Source: Emiliania huxleyi CCMP1516 | Lineage: Eukaryota | Direction of reading: 5' to 3' | Assembly (NCBI RefSeq): GCF_000372725.1 | Contig: NW_005201231.1 | Coordinates: 341,553-361,552, forward strand | Length of the DNA: 20,000 bases | Shown: positions 9,398 through 18,404 of the stretch, piece by piece | Numbering within the stretch: position 1 is the first letter of the stretch | How the letters are laid out: every line of letters starts with the position of its first letter | The notes under the pieces: model-generated | Seen by the model: only the letters and a program-made list of their open reading frames with translations | The model's database searches: none | Told to the model about the DNA's origin: nothing | Made by a program: the position numbers and the translations under genes

Positions 9398-10154
9398 CTA
9401 TGACACGACTCTCCGACCTGGACTAGATTCCCATGTTTCACCACAAGCGCCACTGCTTCGCCGCGCGCTGCTTACAGCGTCAAGTGCGGCCCTTAGCTGA
9501 GTAGAACTCGAAGTGGGCGTCGAGGGGGCCTATAGTAGAGTGTGAGCCCGCGCGCTGCAAAGCGCTCGAGTGTGGGCGATGGCGCGAGCTGGGCCATGTA
9601 CTAAAGCGTGTGACTGTTTCTGCCGTCTTTGAGGGGGTGTGGGCGTAGGAGTGGTGCTCTGCTACCCTTGCAGCCGAGCGCCTTCTCTCAGCTCCATTGC
9701 CTCTAGGGGGTTGTGGCCGTGGATTTGGCCCCCTAGCCCCCCTCTCCGAGAGCAGGCCTGTCCAGTCTGGGTGGGGCGGCGTTATAGCGCCGTCGTGGCG
9801 TGGATTATTCCTGCCGATGTTGGGGTGTTGCCGAGGTGGCGTGTCGGGGTGTCGCCGTACGCGGAGGGTGGTAGTCGCCTCTGGTCTCGAGGTGTGAATG
9901 GAGCTGTGTCAGCTCTGACTAGATCTCGCGTGATATCGCATATCGGCCGTGTTGGCGGTTTCAGCGTGCTTCAGGCGAGGGACTTGGTTGGTGAGGGCGC
10001 GGGTGGGGCGCGTCCGAGGGCTTGCGGGCGCGGGCGAGTGCCAAAGGTGGTGTGGCGCGCCTCAGACCGAGGTCTGTTTGCGCCTGGTCAGCTGGTGGGT
10101 GTGAACAGCACTGTGAAGGCGCGTGGCGGCGGGGTGAGAGTTGAGGAGCACTTG

Positions 10155-10290
10155 GAGCACTTGGAGTGCAGTTATCAACCTCACATCCAGGGCCGGGGAG
10201 CTCAGAAGCGCACCCAGCGGGCCGGATGATCGGGATCGGGTTACGGGCTAGAGAGCCCTAGGCCTAGCCCCGGGGGTGCGCGTTCGCAGG
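10155..10290. repeat. Dispersed repeat, copy A (homologous to 18204-18336)
   Basis: gagcacttgga..gtgc.gt.at.aacc.cac..ccagggccggggagct.agaagcgcacccagcgggccgga...gggctagagagccct...gggggtgcgc is shared with 18204-18336. Confidence 0.9.
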
Positions 10291-10811
10291 GAAAGGGCCG
10301 TAAAGTAAACACTGGTCTCCGAGGGTTAGTTCCGTGTACCGGGTTTCCCCTTAACTGCAGAACGCCCCCTCCTACTCGGAGCTAACGGACACACAACACT
10401 GTACTCCACGCACGTACACGGATACGCCTCATGTGCGCCCGCCCGACTCCGGTCCCAGAGTCCCTTCCTTCGCCCGTCAGGGCGAGTCCTCGGCTCGTCC
10501 CGCCCCCTTGCCCCGATCTAAATTCTTGTTTCGGTGAACGAGCTAGCGTGCGGGGACAGCGGCATTGTGCACGGAGCTAAGTGCATTGCCGTTCTTAACG
10601 GAGTCGCTTAGGCGGCTCCGGTGGTGTGCCGGTGATAGTACTAGCACGCGCCAGTTCGCACCTGTGTCGAGCCTGTCTGCTGTGAGAGAGAGTTGTCTTG
10701 TCAAAATTCTTGTGTGCGAGGGAGTTTTGTTGTAAGATTCTTGTTTAGCCCCGCTCGACGCCGAAGGGGTGGCCGAGCGGGGCAATTTGAGCGGTAGCCG
10801 TCCAGCCGACA

Positions 10812-12408
10812 ATGGACGGCCTCGACGCCCTCTTGGCCGAGGCTGCGGCCGAGCGTGAGGTCAAGCGCTCGCCTCCGCCGCCGGTTGCCGCCGCCGCACC
10901 GAGAGTGGCACCAGTCGCACCGCCGCCAGCTTCCCACCAGCCTTCGAGTGAGGCTGCGTCGGAGCTGCACGCAGCACTGAAGGGGTACATCGCGCACCTG
11001 CTCTGCCCGGACGCGCTAGACGCGCTGTCGCTAGCTCTCGCGAGTCGCACGTACGCCGAGGTGGAGGAGTATATCGTCGCTCGGCCAGAGCTCTCTCGGT
11101 ACACCCTCAGCGCAGAGGTTGGGCGGATGTCCTATACGGTCTTCCCTTCCGGCGGCGGGTCGCCCGTCACCGAGCCAGGGGCGATCCGCGCGTATTACGC
11201 CCGCCAGTCCGGAGACGCAGGACGCGACGGCGGCGGCGGCGGCGGCGGCGGCGTGGCCGCGTCTTCTTGCGGCGTGGCCGAGCTGCTGTGGCGCGCCGCC
11301 AACCAGAGCCTCTTCGGCGAGGTGCTCGGCAGCCTGCAGGAGGCGTGGCTTGAGCCGCGGCTGAGCACGTGCGTCGTCGCCACCGCCTCCTCGCTCAGGC
11401 TCGGCGTCATAACAATCGATCAGTGAATGGATTCATTGAACGTCACCGTCACCGCCTCCTCGCTCGTTGATTCTGAAGGAGCCGCCGCCTCCTCGCGCAG
11501 GCTCGACTTCAGGGACGAGACGCAGCCGCGGCTCGACGCCTCGTGCGAGCTGGCCCCGCAGAGACGCGCTCGGACGGAGCATCCACAGCTGCCCCGCTTC
11601 TTGAGAGTCGTCTTTATCTGTGTCGCAGGCCGTGCAGACGCTCGGCGCATCTGACGAGCCGCTCGTCCTCGCGACTATTAATTTACTTTTAATTCACGAT
11701 TAATTAACTATTAATTAGGCGCATCTGACGAGCCGCTTGTCCTCGCGACCACTTCCTAGACACTTCCGAGACACTTCCGAGACACTTCCGAGACACTTCC
11801 TAGGCGCATCTGACGAGCCGCTTGTCCTCGCGACCACTCAGGCGGCCACTTGGCCACTTCCGAGACACTTCCGAGACGCCTCCTAGATCCCCGAGACACT
11901 TCCGAGACACCTCCTAGACACTTCCGAGACACTTCGGAGAGACTCGCCTCCGAGATGCCTCCTGACGCCTCCCAAGGCGCTGCTGTCCAGGCCATGCTGT
12001 CTACGCCAGCCTCCCCATTGCTGTCCGCCTCCCATTGCTGTCCGCCTCCCATTGCCGCCTAGGTCAGCGTCTCGCTGTCGCCCGCGCGGCGCGAGCTGCG
12101 GCGAGCTCGAGCTCCACCCAGCGATTACTAATCAACTTGTGATGACCTTTTAATGAGCTATTCATTAGGCGAGCTTGAGCTCCACCCAGCGGCCGCCGCA
12201 ATGGCTGCGAACGGCGTCTCTTCACACGCCGCCGGTGTGAACAGGCAAGCGGTGGACAAGCCGCGGCTGGCGACGTACCGCGCGCACGGCGAGCGGCCTC
12301 GACGAGATTGCCCGAGATTAGTCGAGATTTCCCGAGCTCAGGTGCTGCATCTTCGACGAGCGAATCCTCGAGACGGCAGAGGCGATGGCGCGGTGGGAGG
12401 CCGCTTCG

Positions 12409-12456
<48 letters not shown>

Positions 12457-12872
12457 AGCGGGGAGGGTGGAGGGGCGCTGGGCGGTCTTGCTGCCGGGAT
12501 CGGTCGTCTGATGCGGCCGGGTCGAGGAGAGGGAGAGGGCGGCGACGGTAGCGGCGGTGGCGGCGGCGGCGGCGGCGGCTGTGGCGGCGGCGGCGCTGGA
12601 GGCGGCGGCGACGGTGCGGGAGGTAGCGGCGGAATTCGCCTCTTGAGCTCCCTCAGCGCGATCGGTGGCAGCGTCGCTTCCGCCGCTTCGGGCCTCGCGC
12701 AGGAGTCGGCCAATCTCGGCCAATTCGGCTGATCTCGCCCGATCTCGGCCAAATCTCTGTTGACTCGGCCTCGGGCGCGCGCGTGCAGGAGTCGGTCTCG
12801 GGGCTGACGGCACTCGCGTCCGACGTTGGCACGGCCGCGGGGATCGGCCAGGCCACGCCGCAGAACGAGTGA
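10812..12872 (+). CDS. Hypothetical protein, ~398 aa, 8 predicted exons, with Gly-rich tracts
   Basis: Exons 10812-11398, 11501-11552, 11629-11644, 11804-11841, 12063-12100, 12245-12265, 12342-12702 and 12789-12872 sum to 1197 nt. They read continuously: ...VVATASSLR|LDFRDETQPRLDASCEL|AVQTLG|ASDEPLVLATTQ|VSVSLSPARRELR|QAVDKPR|CCIFDERILETAEAMARW...LAQ|ESVSGLTALASDVG...QNE*. All acceptors are YAG; donors are GC (the last GA or GC). Confidence 0.7.
11748..12058. repeat. Intronic minisatellites: 11-mer GACACTTCCGA arrays (11750-11800, 11855-11940) and a ~17-mer CGCCTCCCATTGCTGTC array (~12008-12058)
   Basis: Direct reading; the arrays lie in predicted introns 3 and 4. Confidence 0.9.
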
Positions 12873-13098
12873 TGCGCCGAATTTCGATACTTGCACAATG
12901 CTACGGGCGTGGTATTCACAATGCTATGTGAACGCTCCTGTCCTTGCAGCTTGGTTGCACGTACATAGGAGGCGTGTAGTAATAACTGGTATGGCCTTCT
13001 AGTTTGGTCTTCTCGTGTTTTACTGCCTCGGCTGTCGGCAGCCGCCAGCATCTGAGTGTTCTCCACCGTCGCTCTGTTTCCATTCGCACATTACCACG

Positions 13099-15426
13099 TC
13101 TAATACCGGTATACTATACTATACGTCAGTAAGTTACTTGATCACGAACACGCGCGCCAAAGACTAGTATGTAGTATACTCCGCCACGTCGAAAGTGGAG
13201 CGAAAACTCAGCCTTGAGTTCTCAGCGCCCTCACGGCCCGCCAATGGCAAACCCGACTCCCTCCGTGTGGCGCCGCCCGATGGTGTTGGGAACCCTATTC
13301 CGGAGCGATTTCCCCTAGGGTTAGCGCAGAAAAAGCCGGCCCCCTTAGCTCCGGCTAGGGCTAAGGGGCCTCCGCGGCCGACCACGAGGGAGGGCCGACT
13401 TTGGCTTAGCATAGCGGGCCGAGAAAGCCGCCCACACCCGCGAGGATGGTTGTGTGGTTGCCTCCCCGACTCGGACGGCCGCCTCAGAGGGCGGGTATGC
13501 TTCCTCTCGCCCTCTCACCCGCGGGAGATGGCCGAGTCCACGGAGCCGCACGCTGCCTCTCCTTGGACGCAAGGCTCCGACTTCTATAGAGAAAACCCCA
13601 TCTGCACCAGCGTTTTAAAGTGAAATCGTCAAGAGAAATCGATGCCCCGGGCTGGGCTTTGGGGTAGGCAGCCACCCTTTCGAAGGTGAGGCGTAAAGCC
13701 GTATCTGCCGACCTGTGAAGACGCTTTACTTGCGAGCAGTGCGTGGACCAAATGGCGCGAGAGCACCGCAACATGGCTAAGGAGGCAGGGAAGCTTCTGC
13801 TCCGAGACGGCCGCTCAGGACCGCAAAATGGTGTTCCTCAAGGTTGTCGTGTTGATCGGGCTGGCCAGTCCCCGGGGCCTGACGGTCCAAGCTCCAAGGT
13901 TTCCCTCAAGAGTACTTCTCCCCTACCCCACCCTTTCACTTTAGATGTGTCGGACCATAATAAAGTAAAGAGCTAAGAGGTAAAGTCAGGGATGGGAGGA
14001 GCGAGGACGGCACGCCGCCGCCACCACACACACATGATTTTAAAGCCGTATAAAGGAGATTAGCCTTCGTGGTCATCGTGCGGATGCCTCTTCCTATCTC
14101 TGCCACCACCCTCAAAGAACGGCACCCGCGACAGCCCCCATTACACCCGCGGGCGCGGCTCCCAGATCCGACCCGTCCCGCTAGCATCGCTGACTGAGCC
14201 CCGCCGGCCCGCAACTCCCACCGTCCCAGATCCCCAGCGGGCGGACCGGGGGGGGGGGCGGGGGGGCGGGCAGGAGCCCCCCGGTGCCGGACAATGTTGC
14301 CCTCTTGAAGGCCCGCGCTTGCTTAGCTAGGGGGCTTCGGGTTCATCACCTTTGGCGAATAGGTCGAGCACGGCCGCTGCTTGCCGGCTGCGTCCTCGTT
14401 CTGGTACGCCCCCTTGTAGAGCGTCCATAGCAGGAACTGGTTCATGTGGCTCATTACGCCGCAGAAACCGAACGCGCACGAGTACCCGGGGATGCGCATC
14501 CAGTACGCTTGCTTGGGCACGTACGTGCGGTCGTGTGACGAGTAGTGGTCGAAGGAATCGACCGGGTAGGTCGGCTTGTTGCACCAGATGCACACCCCTG
14601 GCCAGCAAGGCACCTTGCGAAGGCAGCCCGGGGCAGGAAGGCAAGCCGGCAGGCATGCAAAGAGCGCGCTCTTTGCGACGCAGCCCCAAGTGTCCCAGGA
14701 CGGCGGTCCTGCGCGGAACGAGCAGAGGGGGCCGTGGGTCACCTGGGCCAGAGCGAGAAACGGCATGCGTTCTCTTCTTTTACCGAGGCACAATCCGGCG
14801 TTGTAGGCGCGCAAGACCAGCGCCTCCGAGATGTGGCCGTCGCCGAGCTTGCTCAGGAAGGGGTAGCAGCCCACGGGGCTGGGGCAGAACCAAAGTCCCC
14901 ACATTGGGCAGAGGAACGGGGCAATCGACGCGTAAGAGCCGTCCATCACCCACCTATTAATCACGTGCAAGCGCTGTCGCTCGGGCGTTCGCCCATACTC
15001 TCGCACGTCGTCGCTGAATGACGCACCGTTGCGAGTTGATCTTGCCCGCGGCGGGGAAGTCGCCGATCGCGTCCTTATCGATCATGCACTTGTCAATGTC
15101 GCAGGCCGACTCGGGCGTGAAGGCGAGAATCGAGTCGAATGTGATGAGCCGCACCTTGGCGTTGTACTTCTTGGCGATTTCGACCGCGGCGATCTGAGCC
15201 TGCGCGCCGCCGAGGCTCCACCCCACGATCGTGATCTTCTTCTCGTCCCCGTCGGGCGGCGAGCAAACGAAACCCTCATGGTCGAGCGCCTCGGTCACGC
15301 CTTTCATCCGGTTGACCTTGTTGTCGCCGCAATCCGGCACCCCCTTGAACATCTTGTCGTGCGCCTGCATCCGACAAATTCCGCGGGATGAAGGAGGGGG
15401 GGGGGGGTGAGGGTGTGTGGGTGATA
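13099..15426 (+). repeat. Segmental/tandem duplication, copy 1 (part comparable within the window)
   Basis: 13099-13328 matches 18405-18641 and 14070-15426 matches 18642-20000, almost without substitutions. Confidence 0.97.
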
Positions 15427-16108
15427 CGGAGGGACACCTCGAGGTCTTTCTTGTAGACGCAATACCCCGTTTCGATGACGTCCTCGCCCTGGCAGTAGGA
15501 GAGCTCGCACGCCTTCCAGTTGCCGCAGGGGCCGCAGAAGCCGTCTTGCAAAATGCCCTGCCCGTAGGGGATGCCTTCGGTCTCTGTGGCCGAGAAGCAA
15601 AGGATGTAAGAGCCAGCGGGGGCGAAATGCGTGCCATCGAGCACGTAGTCGCAGTCCACCTTGACGAGATAGTATCGGTCGAGAAGAGTGCCCGGGCACG
15701 CACAGTTGTTCCGGGCGTTGAAGAAGGAGCCCATCGCAATGTACTCTCCCATTTTGGGAGTGTCGGGAGGGCACGGAGGCGATCCGCCGTTTGCCTTGTC
15801 CACGCGCGTGATAGGTGTTTGCCTTCCCGGCGTACTTAGGGCCGTTCTTGCCCGAACCGTTCAAGGAGTGCCCGCAGAACTGAAAGGGGATCCCCGTGTC
15901 CGGCACGCTCGCGCCTAGCCACGACTGGATCATCCAAAACGGGGCCACCTGTTGGATCTCCTCCGGGATCTTGGCCTACAGGTGCGGGGTGGGGGATGTC
16001 CGGGGTGGGGGATGTCGAGGGCGCAGGGGGAAGCTAGGCAGGGGGATGGGGATCCTCGTCCTGCGGCGGCGGCTTGTTGGCTTGGCGCTGCTTCGCCACG
16101 TAGTCCAT
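14323..16108 (-). CDS. Divergent Cys-rich alpha/beta-hydrolase of the class 3 lipase type, ~483 aa, 6 predicted exons
   Basis: Nucleophile elbow KITIVGWSLGGAQAQIAAVEI followed by VRLITFDS; upstream YILCFSATET; C-terminal GVMSHMNQF. Exons 16108-16055, 15975-15823, 15794-15438, 15364-15027, 14953-14824 and 14742-14323 sum to 1452 nt. Two introns are clear 73-nt GT-AG (15365-15437, 14954-15026); the other boundaries are less certain. Confidence 0.75.
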
Positions 16109-16139
16109 GGATGGCTTGGGCTGCTTGGGCTGGGAAGGG

Positions 16140-16150
16140 AGCCTATAAGG
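16140..16150 (-). promoter_or_regulatory. Possible TATA-like element of the lipase-like gene
   Basis: CTTATAGG on the minus strand ~35 nt upstream of the predicted ATG at 16108, in otherwise GC-rich DNA. Confidence 0.25.
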
Positions 16151-17249
16151 GGGGAGATCCCCGTTGACAACACGCTGGAAGATAGGATGGGAGGCTGCGA
16201 TGCAACGGGACATTGTGCGGCGAGGAAAGCTCAGTTTTTTTGGATCTGTGAGCGGGAAGGCGGCGGCGGGCGAGCGTCAGCACCGTGAAATATGGATGAG
16301 CATTGCGCGCGCTCGCTGCGGGCGTCGCGGGCAAAGGGCGTGGAGGCGACCGCCATCCGATTGTGCCAGCTTTGCGTCGTGTGCGTCTACTTGCTAGGGC
16401 GGCGTGCAAGCGAGCGGGCTGCGTCGCTCTCTCGCCGGAAAAGAGTGGGGGCAATCGGGCGGGTTCGCTCGGTGTAAGGGTGGGGAACGAGCGGCAGCGG
16501 CCGCGTCTCGTGGCTCCTCGATGGCAGCAGCCTCACCTGCGAACGGGAGGTGCAGGCATTGTGAGGCCGAGAGGGGGCGTAGCCGCTCGGGCGCCAAAGG
16601 CATGGTGGGAGCGGAGAGGGAGCGGCGGGTTGCGTGAGCAAGAGGCGTCGCGCCGCTCGGGCGTGCAGCTCCCCGCGGCCATGTGCGTCGATGCGGCGGG
16701 GCCAGCGCGAGCGGAACGGGAAAGGCGAGGGTTGGGCCGCCTGTGTGGAAATCAGCAAGGAGGGGGAATGTGTGATGGCCTGTCTCGAGGTCTCGCGGAG
16801 TACAATTTTTCGTTTTTCATGGAGATTTTGGCGATCGCGCACGCGACGTGGTTGGTGAGAGTGGAGGAGAGTGGGGTGAGAGAGAGAGTGGCGCCTCATG
16901 TGTGTGTGTGAGTGTGTGTGTATAAACGCTGGTCCGGGGTTGTGTTTTGAGCTTAGCCTTCGATGTTATGAAACAACGCAAGGCGGACATGGCATATCGC
17001 TCTCGGGCCCACAGACATCCCGCACACTCGCCGCACACCCGCCGCCCCCGCGCGCGCCCCGCCCCGGCCGGGAGAAAGGGGAGTGACAGTTTGGGACTCG
17101 CAAGCCCGAGTATGTTGAGTCCTGGCTCAACAACGCAGAGAACAAGAGGGGGTGGTCCGGCTCACAAGTCCGGCTCACGCGCCTCGAGCTCGCCATCTAC
17201 CGCACTGAACACTTCCGCCCCCTCGCTCCCAACCCATCCACCTCGCCTC

Positions 17250-17385
17250 GGGCCGCGCCGCGCGATCTCGGGCGATCTCGCGCGATCTCGGGCGATCTCG
17301 GGGCCGCGCCGCGCTATCTCGGGCGATCTCGCGCTATCTCGGGCGATCTCGGGGCCGCGCCGCGCTATCTCGGGCGATCTCGGAG
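17250..17385. repeat. 10-mer minisatellite (GCGATCTCGG/GCTATCTCGG) with a higher-order period of ~50 bp
   Basis: Direct reading. Related motifs occur in the predicted introns at 12300-12335 and 12710-12756. Confidence 0.9.
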
Positions 17386-18023
17386 CGTCGCTCGCGCGGC
17401 GTCACACCTGCTCAAAAAGGAAGGAGGTTGGAGGCAGGAGGTCACGCCCCATCCAGAGCGCCGTCGTCGCCGGGTTTTTGGCCCCCGGGTCGTCGCCCGA
17501 CGGTTGCTGCGCGGGGCAGCAGACCATCGGACGGCGCGACGACGCCCCGTCCGGCACGCTCCCCCCTCCACCCGGCTATTGCCGCACGAGCGCCCTCAGC
17601 GGCGGAATTTTCCCCTCGCGCTTCCTTGGGCCCCCGGCAACGCCGACGGACTTCCCGTCCCCCCACCTGCGCCGCAATCACCGCCGTGATTGTCGGCGCC
17701 GCGCCCCTTGGCGCCTGTGCATGTCCCGCGTGCCCGCCCGCCAAGGCTGGTGCCAAGGCCAACTCAACTGTGTTTTTGTATAAACGCTACACTGCGGTTG
17801 CGCGGCACGGTGTGCAGTGATGGTGGCTGGCTGCGTTAGGTGCTGGGCAGGGGCAGGGGAGTGTGGCCGCTCATGCTGCGGCCGGATGGGGAGGAGTGGG
17901 GCTCACGCCTTCTGGACAGCGACGCCTTGGTTGGTGTAGTAGAAGGGTAGAAGGCTCGAAGAACGCTGCACGACATCTCGACGGCCAGGAAGCGGCCGAG
18001 GCACGCACGCTTGCTCGCGCTAG

Positions 18024-18195
18024 GCTGTCACGTTAGGGAAGGATCTGACAGCACCGGATCACCTCGGATGTCAGACTCTGCTGTCAGGCTGTCAGATACG
18101 TTCTGTCAGGCTGTCGGAGAAAGTGCTGTCAGAGCTATCGGGCTGTGTCGGGCACTGTCAGGCGCTATCCGGGTTTGCTGTCAGGCTGTCAGACC
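18024..18195. repeat. Cluster of ~12 CTGTCA(G)-like motifs, one inverted; possible transposon subterminal array or MITE
   Basis: ggatctgacagc at ~18041 and gctgtcagacc at ~18185-18195 form imperfect inverted ends around repeated ctgtcaggctgtcag units. Confidence 0.7.
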
Positions 18196-18203
18196 AGGGC
18201 TCA

Positions 18204-18336
18204 GAGCACTTGGAAGCGTGCGGTCATTAACCACACGCCCAGGGCCGGGGAGCTAAGAAGCGCACCCAGCGGGCCGGACGGTTGTATCGGGCTGCGGGCT
18301 AGAGAGCCCTGACCCTGGGGGGTGCGCCGTCGCAGG
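18204..18336. repeat. Dispersed repeat, copy B (homologous to 10155-10290)
   Basis: Shares the ccagggccggggagct.agaagcgcacccagcgggccgga core and the gggctagagagccct block with 10155-10290. Confidence 0.9.
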
Positions 18337-18404
18337 CTGCCGACTCTGTGCTCGTGTCATGTATACGACGGTCCTTTCTTGTTTCTATATTCTTAATTCA
18401 AATT

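Noticed and set aside
10170..10215. LTR end (...CACA) plus primer-binding site
   Set aside because: No TGG-starting tRNA complement follows, there is no second LTR, and homology with copy B continues across the supposed boundary.
9639..10229. 196-aa + strand ORF and similar short ORFs at 13195, 13743, 16303 and 16947
   Set aside because: No motifs, mostly non-ATG starts, and of the length expected by chance in very GC-rich DNA.
11644..11840. Three ~31-bp repeats with unlike spacers as a CRISPR array, or CTGACGA as a hammerhead core
   Set aside because: The context is eukaryotic with no cas genes, the spacers are low-complexity, the repeat encodes in-frame GASDEPLVLAT, and there is no GAAA or stem arrangement for a hammerhead.
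13290..13335. Telomerase RNA template (CTAACCCTA on the minus strand) in the structured tract
   Set aside because: It is only a 9-nt match, a T5 run lies just upstream on that strand, G-U pairing favours the opposite strand, and no pseudoknot or promoter was identified. Unsupported but not strictly excluded.
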